From positions 2,502 to 66,501 of the forward strand of contig PUKZ01000144.1 of NCBI GenBank assembly GCA_003550725.1: a stretch of 64,000 bases of DNA, in the 5' to 3' direction. The notes beneath the pieces are model-generated. The model ran no database searches and had not been told where the DNA came from. It worked only from the letters and a program-made list of their open reading frames with translations. Positions within the stretch are counted from its first letter, which is position 1. Every line of letters starts with the position of its first letter. Position numbers and translations under genes: made by a program. Positions 48,201-55,951 of the stretch are shown in pieces. This DNA comes from Bacteroidales bacterium (lineage in GTDB: Bacteria > Bacteroidota > Bacteroidia > Bacteroidales > UBA7960).

Positions 48201-48819
48201 CGGCATCGAGACGAAGTTCAAATGCAAATTCATTATTTCTTTCCCTTGGCAACGAGACGCTCTCAGTGCTTGTTAAATTTATGTATATAACTTCATCTAT
48301 ATTACCCCTGTTCTCAAACATAAAGCTTATTTCACTTTCACCTGTTTCCTGGTCGAAATAAGATACACGGGTAAGGGGCCTAAAACGCAAATTTGATTCT
48401 GCCGGGATTTTAAGGTAGCAATAGGCATTAGCCAAATTTTGATCATCACGGTCTTTGACCGAAGCAATCACCGCATAACCGATTTCACCTCTAACATCCC
48501 TGGATGCAGCTACCCTCATCGGCACTACTATAGAATCACCACCTGCTATGGTAATATTGCGCCTGCCATCGGTAATAAGAGTCCAGCCCATTGGGGCATT
48601 AAAATCAACCTGGACAACCTCCGGCATAGTACCCCTGTTTACAACAGTTAAAACATTAAAAAAAGTTTCCTCAGGTTCTATTACCAGGTCCTCATGCCTG
48701 AAATATGCCTCAATTTGAGTAAAATCATAAGATTGATTGTTGGAACTTTGCGAATAGGAGTTAACAAGGCAAGCAGCATAAATAACTATAAATATCACAT
48801 ATTTAAAGTAGGTCTTCAT
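45271..48819 (-). CDS. large outer-membrane protein: Ig-like modules, beta-barrel region, CarboxypepD_reg-like modules and an OmpA peptidoglycan-binding C-terminus
   Basis: Signal peptide, a ~480 aa Y/F/R-rich strand region, and about three CarboxypepD_reg-like segments (e.g. GKFELYAPSLDDYVVSV, TGRFNTSFMTDENYSIMVSAPGYW). The OmpA_C motifs are NLVFASGSDEI, IAGHSDG, LSAKRAEAV and RNRRVEI. Confidence 0.75.
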   Translation of the reverse strand: MKTYFKYVIFIVIYAACLVNSYSQSSNNQSYDFTQIEAYFRHEDLVIEPEETFFNVLTVVNRGTMPEVVQVDFNAPMGWTLITDGRRNITIAGGDSIVVPMRVAASRDVRGEIGYAVIASVKDRDDQNLANAYCYLKIPAESNLRFRPLTRVSYFDQETGESEISFMFENRGNIDEVIYINLTSTESVSLPRERNNEFAFELRLDAGKDTTITLPVQLDDENNYTDQTLYRVDLDASTEKDQFSTTFWFSHLTNYFRYTIPPGEIPLTAELIIHNLFSEYDPYLSGSVMGNILFDGNRDIDYRFRAHGIGRRDDILRHSRYRVAFNAPDYNIAFGDVASIPLKYGLGRGLKAKYRFLDRNEITGVVAENRFRPIRTYGGSFDSYRKNFDIHTRFAHVDNQFFNTEAFVYGAGTNLQLFEGHSLSIDGGLSDATYKTVDQQEIGYGFIVNYMGRINNLRIRLREQYGSTNYYGSFVGRHNFRGSMRYHYKDGLLFTLRFNDRKNKPVIESESGITSDRFSSSRRANFRTTKYLDPGFALFFGPLYRSRATNSYIHFDDTPFETHSANLEIGARIRENHHLFFNPSLELGYNFVSDYSIPLDGPSIAALETRDEFFNAQFSFSLRRGDWGTFLNYFYGPYGLHQQINYFYRGTYTQNLRLMPYYEGFIYQDMLKLSSQVNFTHDFTYKTTRFYFQNQLDFFFDRGFSVTLLNTMGYQVSTDLVTEDQYDYSSTYFEIRLRKDFHWDQPRIKYHDLTVNLFKDLQGTLERDPNDPGIANILVTIHREDPRYYDEFDKDYEYTGRLVNNKLLSDMYGKVVYENLAAGLYRIEINNIGEERDNFVPDVREVLVHVTEDKVVDIPFLERNRIFGQVVLNRSKLSTLGRIDVSNIRIEAVDSRGNTISTFTDSEGKFELYAPSLDDYVVSVRDVFEEHFNLRQNNFIVHLNAYNQFEVNFIFDEKRRRIDFRPSERDIEVEAVSVSRTNLSGNVKDRATLQPVRATVEVVDNETGETIVSTRSDRTTGRFNTSFMTDENYSIMVSAPGYWLYTDDLRLERDLTIQDVEKEILIENIIVGSKVELRNLVFASGSDEIPPEAYAELDRFIEQLKQNPNIRIQIAGHSDGRETIDNPELSAKRAEAVAKYMFDQGFGNIEYVGYKDSRPIAPDDTEENRARNRRVEITIIDK

Positions 48820-48833
48820 TTGCTTTGTTATTG

Positions 48834-49418
48834 CTATTTTTCCGTAATCAATACTCTAAATACCAAATCTACCACATAATAACCGAATGGCTCGCCTAAT
48901 AACTTTTTATCTCCATATTTTCCACATCTGTAGGTAATATAAACAATCTTGCTAATATCTCCTTCTCCGTCACCTTCTGTTAAAGTAACAAAATCATCTT
49001 CGAGAGGTATTTCAATTTGGTTACCGTTACCACCTTCCTTCCTGGCAACCAGGGAAATATAATCCAAGTCAAGGTCATTGTCGCCATCACCTATAATATT
49101 TTGGGTATTAGCCTTGAACTGAAGTTCCCATATATCATCCTGGCCCAGATCGTCAATATTTATTTCAAGTTTAGTCCAGTCTGCGTATTCAACACCTTCA
49201 TTGTATTTGTTAAGGGAGTTTATTCTGAAATCAACACTACCTCCGCTTATTATATTAAAACTACGCGAGGTATTACCCGATAATTGCCACAAACTAAAGT
49301 TTTGAGCAAAACTGACATTGCAGGCAAAAACACCAATAATGGTTATTAAAATAAATATATGTCGTTTATATATTACCATCAAGGTGCTTTTTAACCAAAA
49401 ATAACAACCGGAGATCAC
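48834..49418 (-). CDS. secreted acidic protein, paralogue of the 49675-50292 product (fibre subunit candidate)
   Basis: The likely start is Met at 49379 (MVIYKRHIFILITIIGVFA...). It shares NIISGGSVDFRINSLNKYNEGV with NVVSGGNIEFSFNTLADYEEGI in the paralogue. Both proteins also have a late single Cys and a hydrophobic C-terminal strand. Confidence 0.55.
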   Translation of the reverse strand: MISGCYFWLKSTLMVIYKRHIFILITIIGVFACNVSFAQNFSLWQLSGNTSRSFNIISGGSVDFRINSLNKYNEGVEYADWTKLEINIDDLGQDDIWELQFKANTQNIIGDGDNDLDLDYISLVARKEGGNGNQIEIPLEDDFVTLTEGDGEGDISKIVYITYRCGKYGDKKLLGEPFGYYVVDLVFRVLITEK

Positions 49419-49603
49419 ATAATTATATTTAATTAAAATGTGTTGGCTGAAATGAAAATATTTAATTTATTTTACCCTGAAAAGCATTTTTTGAAACTTT
49501 GCAAAATACTATACCATCACATTTGTTTTATAAAAAAAATAAAGCCGGTATCCGGTATGAGTGGCACAATATTTTGCAAAACTCAAAAGCTGCCATAAAT
49601 TTT

Positions 49604-49643
49604 AAAAAGCCAGGTGGGGTATAATAACCCAAATTGGCTTTTT
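49604..49643 (-). terminator. hairpin with A/T-run flanks immediately after the first paralogue gene (attenuator/terminator)
   Basis: The sequence is aaaaagcca ggtg gggt ataata accc aaat tggcttttt, giving an 8 bp outer stem and a 4 bp inner stem. On the minus strand the stem is followed by a T run. It lies 32 nt downstream of the stop at 49675. Confidence 0.6.
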
Positions 49644-49674
49644 ATATTTAAAAATTGCAAGCTAAAATATTTAA

Positions 49675-50292
49675 TTATTCGCCCTCATGAGGCTGCAGGA
49701 TCAAAAACACATTGGTAGAGTACCTGTCGGCAGCTAATCCTTGCGAAAGCACACTCCCTAAATTTGTTACACCTTGCAGTTCTGCAGTTGCACATTCCCA
49801 ATGTATTGTAAATGCATTAGCATTAATATCACCTGCATTACTATTAGTGCCATCATATCCAACCAATAACTCGTCAGTATCTGAGGTTAAAGCCGTTACA
49901 GTTTCATGAGAGGGTATTTCAAGTTCATCAACAGTATTAGTACCTTGGGTTGCAAGCTGGTAACCGATATTTCCAAGATCCATTCCTCCTTCCATGCCTG
50001 CATCATCAGTAGCTACTAATTCATCATCTTCGGCATACATAAAAACATCCCAGTCAACAGAAGAAGCTACTGTAAACTCTGTGTCGTATGCTGCAGAATT
50101 TCCAATTCCTTCTTCATAATCAGCAAGAGTATTGAAGCTAAACTCAATATTCCCACCCGAAACAACATTCAGGCGCAAAATAGAGCTAAGTGTAACCGCA
50201 ACCGGTATAACAGCTCTATCATCAACAGCTTGCCCAAATGATACATTTCCTAAAAGCAATCCTCCGATCAAAAGAAAAACTATACGTTTCAT
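49675..50292 (-). CDS. secreted acidic protein (major fibre/surface subunit candidate)
   Basis: Signal peptide MKRIVFLLIGGLLLGNVSFG, a very D/E/T/G-rich mature part, and paralogy to the 48834-49418 product. Confidence 0.55.
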   Translation of the reverse strand: MKRIVFLLIGGLLLGNVSFGQAVDDRAVIPVAVTLSSILRLNVVSGGNIEFSFNTLADYEEGIGNSAAYDTEFTVASSVDWDVFMYAEDDELVATDDAGMEGGMDLGNIGYQLATQGTNTVDELEIPSHETVTALTSDTDELLVGYDGTNSNAGDINANAFTIHWECATAELQGVTNLGSVLSQGLAADRYSTNVFLILQPHEGE

Positions 50293-50451
50293 AGTACAAA
50301 AATTTAAGTTAGTAATTTAAAGATATTAGTTAACAATAATTTTTTTTTAATTACCAATAAATTGTTTTTTTATCGGCATCAAAAATAATATATTATGCAT
50401 GAATTGAAAAAAAATTATTAAAATAAATTAAAAATTTAACAGAATATGATA

Positions 50452-52434
50452 TTATAAGCCATTTCCTCCTAGTTTGAATCCAATAACCAAGACATCATCA
50501 ATTTGGTCTTCATCTTTCTTCCAGTCAAAAAAGTTTTGTTTCAACAACTTTTCCTGTATATCCATTGGTTCTTTATAAATATCCAGCAAGAAATTTTTGA
50601 AATTTTTAAGAAGGAATTTTCTGTTATTCTCGCCTCCAAACTGGTCGATATATCCATCAGAGAATATATAAAACCATGTAGGTTTGTTGACAGGTATTGT
50701 TGTTTTTGAGAAATTACGTTCGGTTTCTCTTTGTACACCACCGATCGACATTCTGTCGCCTTTTACTACTTTTGCTTCGCCGTCTTGTATATAAATAATT
50801 GATGTATGTGCCCCCGAAAACTCTAATGTTTTATGCTTTTTATTGATAACACAAAGCGACATATCCATTCCATCGCGGTTATCTCCTTCTTCTTGCTTTA
50901 GTGTTCGGCGTATACCTTTATGAAGGCTGGATAATATCTCATTGGGGGTTGTAATGCCATGATAAGTAATTTCGTCAAGAAGGTTATATCCAATCATAGA
51001 CATAAAAGCACCCGGCACTCCATGGCCGGTACAGTCAACAGCCGATATTATAAATTTGTCGTTTTCTATTGGCAGAAAGTCATTATTATTACCTGATTTC
51101 ATGATGTTCGTTTCATGGCCTTTTGCTTTCTTTTTATTTGTTACCGGCTCCTTTTGTATTTTTTCTTTTGTTTTTTTGGAGCTGTTGTTATCTATTTCCT
51201 TAAACCAGTAAAAATCACCACTTACTGTATGCAAAGGTTTAAAGAATATAAATGATTCCGGCAAATAATCTTTCAGAGTATCACGAGGAGGCAATAAAGC
51301 TTTTTGAATATCTTTGGCATAGTTGATACTATGAGTAATTTTAAGGTTTTGGTCTTCAATTTTATAATATGCTTCCTGTAATTGCTTGCTTTTATTTGCG
51401 ATTTCTTTGTTGGTTGCCTCAAGTTCTCTGTTAGCCCGCTGTTTGGCTCTATAGTTTCTAAATAATATTATCAACAAAAAAGCACCTATTACAAATACAC
51501 CAATACCATATGTAATAATAACTCTTTGAGTTCGTTGTTGCTCTTCCTGCTTTTCAAGTTGAGCTTGCTGAAGTTCCCTGTCAAGCTGAAGCCTTTCCAT
51601 TTCCTGTCTTGCCAAACTGTCGCGCGCATCAGCTATCAACAAAGAATCTTCTTTAGCTTCAACTATACGGCGAATCGAATCTTGTTCAGCCTCATAAACC
51701 AACTGCTGCCGCTCTATCTCCAACTCTCTTTCCCTGCGCTCAAGCCTTTCCTGGCGCAATTCAGCCTGACTCTTCTCTTCCCGGGCATGAAAATCTTCTT
51801 TAATAGATTCTGTTGCAATATAATCCTGCAAAGTGAAAAATTTTTGCTCATAATCAGAACCTTTTGCAACATTACCAATATTATTGTAATTTTTTGAAAG
51901 CTGATTATAAATATTAAGAAGCAATAATTGATAATTGTTTTCATCAGCAATCTTCTCAGCATCCTCCAAATAATCTACTGCTCTTTGATAATCGCCGGTT
52001 AAACCAACAACATATGCCAGGTCAACCAAACCAGTGGAGATCATGCGCCCACTTCCAATTTCCCTTCGCACATTTAAACTCTTTTCAAAATAATTTATAG
52101 CCCGGCGTAAATCTTCATTATCCAAATATATAAGACCAACATTGCTGTAAACATCTTTGATCTTCTCCAAATCACCAAGTTTTTCGTAAAGAGGTATTGT
52201 TTCAAGAAAATAATTTATCGCAAGATTATCCCTCTGATTATCCCAATAAATAAATGCAATTTTACTAAGGTGCGATACTGCATTTCTATACTCATCATTG
52301 TTTCTATAATAAGAAACCATCTCTTCATACTTGTCCACTTTAGTTTGATCAGCATCACTCAGAGGCCGCTGCTGCGAAAAACTATACTCACAAAACAATG
52401 ACAAGACAATCAATAAAATAAGGGTATTTTTCAT
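50452..52434 (-). CDS. transmembrane TPR-repeat sensor fused to a PP2C/SpoIIE phosphatase
   Basis: Signal peptide, TPR repeats (e.g. RRAINYFEKSLNV, QRAVDYLEDAEKI), an E/R/Q coiled coil and a TM helix (VIITYGIGVFVIGAFLLIILF). The C-terminal SpoIIE/PP2C motifs are SGDFYWF, DCTGHGVPGAFMS and SDGYIDQFGG. Confidence 0.85.
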   Translation of the reverse strand: MKNTLILLIVLSLFCEYSFSQQRPLSDADQTKVDKYEEMVSYYRNNDEYRNAVSHLSKIAFIYWDNQRDNLAINYFLETIPLYEKLGDLEKIKDVYSNVGLIYLDNEDLRRAINYFEKSLNVRREIGSGRMISTGLVDLAYVVGLTGDYQRAVDYLEDAEKIADENNYQLLLLNIYNQLSKNYNNIGNVAKGSDYEQKFFTLQDYIATESIKEDFHAREEKSQAELRQERLERRERELEIERQQLVYEAEQDSIRRIVEAKEDSLLIADARDSLARQEMERLQLDRELQQAQLEKQEEQQRTQRVIITYGIGVFVIGAFLLIILFRNYRAKQRANRELEATNKEIANKSKQLQEAYYKIEDQNLKITHSINYAKDIQKALLPPRDTLKDYLPESFIFFKPLHTVSGDFYWFKEIDNNSSKKTKEKIQKEPVTNKKKAKGHETNIMKSGNNNDFLPIENDKFIISAVDCTGHGVPGAFMSMIGYNLLDEITYHGITTPNEILSSLHKGIRRTLKQEEGDNRDGMDMSLCVINKKHKTLEFSGAHTSIIYIQDGEAKVVKGDRMSIGGVQRETERNFSKTTIPVNKPTWFYIFSDGYIDQFGGENNRKFLLKNFKNFLLDIYKEPMDIQEKLLKQNFFDWKKDEDQIDDVLVIGFKLGGNGL

Positions 52435-52976
52435 ATTAATTAAAAATGCTACAGTAAACTTAAATCTCTAAATTGAATTTTAATAAAATGAAAACAATCA
52501 GTTATTTTCATAATTTTTTAAGCTAAATAATTAAAACTATTTACAAATATTGTTTACGTTATATTTTTTTTTATGTTATACTTTTTTTTATATTATTCAG
52601 CTAATTCTATGCCAAATATAAAGAAAAATGTCCAATCAATATGCGTATAAATACTTATTTTAAAATTACGAAAATAATGCAAAAAAATCAGAAAAACTCG
52701 TAGTAATTAATTTTATAACTTTATTGTAATTTTATGTTATTATTTGTTTTTTGTTAAATTTATTAATTGTAATATATAAAAGTTTAATTTTGTTATTAAC
52801 AATGCGTATATTACTTAATATAAGGAATTAGTACAGTAGCGGTTTTATAAATTGCAGATCAAATGAAGTATAATTTAATTATGCATTTTAAAACTGCTAT
52901 GGGATAATTTACGTATATAAACATAAAAAATGAGTTTAACCAAATTATGTTATTTTAAAAATTAACTTTTACTCTA

Positions 52977-53783
52977 ATGAAAAAACTTTTTTTATTATTA
53001 ATAATTCAGTTTTTTGCAATTTCAACAATTATTTTGGCACAGGATTTTGAAGTTGCACCAATACAACTTAATTTTCGAATTGAGCCCGGGGGTACTGAAA
53101 GCCGGACTGTTACCGTAAAGAATCACGGTAACAGGAAAGAATCTATAACTTTGACAAAGAGAGATTTTTTAGTCCACAGGAATGGTAACAGGGAGGTTTT
53201 ACCTGCGGGTTCAATTGAAAACTCTATATCAGACTGGGCTACAGTTAACCCTTCATTTCTGGAGTTGCAACCTAATGAAGAGAAAGAAATTCAGGTTACA
53301 TTTCAGGCCCCGGTTGATGATGATCATCCTGCAAAATGGGGGATATTAAGTTTTGCGTCAGCAGTTGAAAGAACAGCATATACAGCCGACAAAGATGTAG
53401 AATCAGGCATATTTTTATCGGGCAGAATAGATATTTTTTTGACATATAACCCTCCTACAGATCAAGATCCAAATGTAGTAATAAGCAACCTCAGAGAGAT
53501 TTCACCAAAAGAAGACGGCCGGAGAGTATTTGCTGTTGATATAGACAATATCGGAAGCACATTAGCAAGATCTGAGATCTTTCTTATTGCTTCGAGCCTG
53601 GAAACAGATGTTGAGAAAAAATTTGAAACACAAAGAATAACTGCTTATCCACGATCTTCAAGAAAAGTTGAGCTTATACTACCTGATGTGCTGGAAAAAG
53701 GCAAATATTCGCTTGCCGCTATACTTGATTATGGCAGCAGAACAGAACTGAAAGGCACTCAAATTACAATTGAAGTTGATTAA
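52977..53783 (+). CDS. secreted two-lobed Ig-like protein (PapD-like periplasmic chaperone candidate)
   Basis: Signal peptide, then APIQLNFRIEPGGTESRTVTVKNHGN ... ATVNPSFLELQPNEEKEIQVTF. This resembles the strand pattern of PapD/MSP-fold chaperones. A second beta-rich half follows. The call is by pattern only. Confidence 0.45.
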   Translation: MKKLFLLLIIQFFAISTIILAQDFEVAPIQLNFRIEPGGTESRTVTVKNHGNRKESITLTKRDFLVHRNGNREVLPAGSIENSISDWATVNPSFLELQPNEEKEIQVTFQAPVDDDHPAKWGILSFASAVERTAYTADKDVESGIFLSGRIDIFLTYNPPTDQDPNVVISNLREISPKEDGRRVFAVDIDNIGSTLARSEIFLIASSLETDVEKKFETQRITAYPRSSRKVELILPDVLEKGKYSLAAILDYGSRTELKGTQITIEVD

Positions 53784-53802
53784 AAAGCCCTGTTGATCAT
53801 TT

Positions 53803-55005
53803 ATGGATAAAATACATTGCTTAATTACTTCACTGATACTACTTACAATATCAGTAAATATAAATTGCCTGGGGCAAACTCAAACGTTCAGGGTTTACTA
53901 TAGCTCTACCGGTGACATAAAAGAAGAATATACAGGTTATATTGAACAGGGAGACACAATAAAAGAAGGCAAATACAAATTTTATCTGCCCGGCGAAATT
54001 ATAAATCAGCAAGGATATTTTGTAAATAATAAACCAGAAGGCTTGTGGAAGCTTTATTATGATGTTGGTAAACTACATCAAAAAATTGAATTCTCAAAAG
54101 GTGTAAGGCACGGAAAAATTAAAGCGTTTTATAAAGACGGGAGTTTGCAACAAAAAGGATATTATAAGAATGGCCGGTTGGACGGAGAATTTATTTCTTA
54201 TTACAACGATGGTACTGTTGAAAGTATTTCAAATTATTCAAATGGAATTCAAGATGGTTTAAAGAAAATATTTTACCCCACCGGAATTATTTACCGTAAA
54301 TTTGAATTAAGATATGGTATTGAACACGGCCTCTGGCAAATGTATCATGAAAACGGAATGATCAACTATAATGGGAAAAAATCAAACGGAGAATTTGCCG
54401 ATACTTTAAAAGTTTATTATGAAAATGGTAATATTCAAAGAATATGCTATTATAAAAACGGGCTTTTAGAAGGTAAATACAAGGCTTTTGATAAAAATGG
54501 CAACCTTAGTATAAAAACATATTATAACAAAGGCAAAATAAATGGAAAGTATAAGGAGTATTATCCTGGTGGAAATATTCTTCAGAAAGGAAAATATTCC
54601 GAAAATAAAAAAGAAGGGATCTGGAGATCATATTATAATGATGGTTCTTTGCATGCTATCGGGAAATTTTGCAATGATGATTTTTCGGGTTTATGGAAAA
54701 TTTATTTCCCCAATGGCAACATAAAGCAGATAGGTGAATACAAAAATGGCAAATCGGAAGGCTTTTGGAGATTTTATGATAAAAATGGCAATATATCAAC
54801 TTATGGAAATTACAGCAGGGATCTAAAACAGGGTTACTGGATTATATATAGACACTGGAACGGTGTTAAAACGGCTGTTATTAAATTATACAACGGTTAT
54901 GAACCGGCAAAAACCAATGTATGTTTTGATAAAGCAAGCAAAAACAAAGACTTATTATATATTAAATCAATGCCTCTAATTGTTACTCATAACAGACAAA
55001 ATTGA
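53803..55005 (+). CDS. MORN-variant/YwqK-like repeat protein
   Basis: About 12 tandem ~23 aa repeats of the type G.Y.NGK.EG.WK.YY.NG, behind a signal/anchor sequence. Confidence 0.8.
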   Translation: MDKIHCLITSLILLTISVNINCLGQTQTFRVYYSSTGDIKEEYTGYIEQGDTIKEGKYKFYLPGEIINQQGYFVNNKPEGLWKLYYDVGKLHQKIEFSKGVRHGKIKAFYKDGSLQQKGYYKNGRLDGEFISYYNDGTVESISNYSNGIQDGLKKIFYPTGIIYRKFELRYGIEHGLWQMYHENGMINYNGKKSNGEFADTLKVYYENGNIQRICYYKNGLLEGKYKAFDKNGNLSIKTYYNKGKINGKYKEYYPGGNILQKGKYSENKKEGIWRSYYNDGSLHAIGKFCNDDFSGLWKIYFPNGNIKQIGEYKNGKSEGFWRFYDKNGNISTYGNYSRDLKQGYWIIYRHWNGVKTAVIKLYNGYEPAKTNVCFDKASKNKDLLYIKSMPLIVTHNRQN

Positions 55006-55411
55006 AATCCAGATTTGCCATATCAGCAAAATCTTCACCTGCCTCAAGCATATCTTCGTCATCTACTAAATAATACCAATCAATTGTTAATTCAGGATCT
55101 TTAGTTTCAATTTGTTTTATTAAGTCCAATATTTCCAGAATCATTTTAGATGAGGCGGTATTAAAATATTCCATGGTAAAAGAAACCTGAGTCCCCGGCT
55201 TCGGATCTTTTGCATACCAGCAAAGCCAGTCTTTTATCTTTCTGTAAAAACCTCTGGCATCTTCAGGTAATGATCTGCCCGAAAATAAAATTTTCCCCTT
55301 TTGCTTGTCTAACAAAATCTCCGGGGTTTCTGACGTCCTCTTTTTGGTCAAAACTTCAGGTAAATCATTACCATATCCATTTCTGCTTATCTTTTTTTCC
55401 TTTGTATCCAT
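54983..55411 (-). CDS. SiaC-like (DUF1987) regulatory phosphoprotein
   Basis: 142 aa with GRSLPEDARGFY, YFNTASSKMILEIL, DWYYLVDDEDMLEAGEDF and NFVCYE. This matches my memory of the DUF1987/SiaC family, including the NT(S)S phosphosite context. Confidence 0.7.
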   Translation of the reverse strand: MDTKEKKISRNGYGNDLPEVLTKKRTSETPEILLDKQKGKILFSGRSLPEDARGFYRKIKDWLCWYAKDPKPGTQVSFTMEYFNTASSKMILEILDLIKQIETKDPELTIDWYYLVDDEDMLEAGEDFADMANLDFNFVCYE

Positions 55412-55513
55412 AAATAAATTAAATGGTTTAACAGTTATATTTTTTGATTACCTCTTTTTATATATGTTTATATTAAATAAAAAACAATAACAACCCGGTC
55501 ATTATTGGTTTAC

Positions 55514-55951
55514 TTAATAACAAACAAAATTAAACTTAACACCTGCCCTTTCCTCGAAATCCTCACCGGCTTCAAGCATGTCTTCATCGTCATCAAGGTA
55601 TCGCCACTCAATTTTTAATACATTTTCGTTTTTTGCTTCAAAAATCTGTTTGAATAACTCAAGTAATTCTAATACCATTTTTGAGGAGGATGAATTTATA
55701 TATTCAAACTGAAAAATAACTTTAGTGTTTTGCTTTATATTATTTTTGGCATAATTGATTACCCAATCCATTATAGGTTTGTAAAAACTTTTTGCATCTT
55801 CGGGCAAAGAACGTCCTGATAATTTTATCAACCCTTTGTTTCTGTCGAGCAAAACTTCCGGAGAATCCATAGTTCCGCTAAGATAAAAGTAATTAAGGCT
55901 TGGAGCTTCACGAAGTTCTTTATATACGTCTTTTCTTGCTGAAGTTTCCAT
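55514..55951 (-). CDS. SiaC-like (DUF1987) regulatory phosphoprotein, paralogue
   Basis: 145 aa with GRSLPEDAKSFY, YINSSSSKMVLELL, EWRYLDDDEDMLEAGEDF and NFVCY. Confidence 0.7.
   Translation of the reverse strand: METSARKDVYKELREAPSLNYFYLSGTMDSPEVLLDRNKGLIKLSGRSLPEDAKSFYKPIMDWVINYAKNNIKQNTKVIFQFEYINSSSSKMVLELLELFKQIFEAKNENVLKIEWRYLDDDEDMLEAGEDFEERAGVKFNFVCY

Noticed and set aside
52435-52976. A CRISPR array or invertible promoter in the long AT-rich spacers (also 9860-10387 and 55952-56515)
   Set aside because: There are no regularly spaced identical repeats and no flanking inverted repeats. No cas or recombinase genes are nearby. I saw only a two-copy short motif and homopolymer runs.
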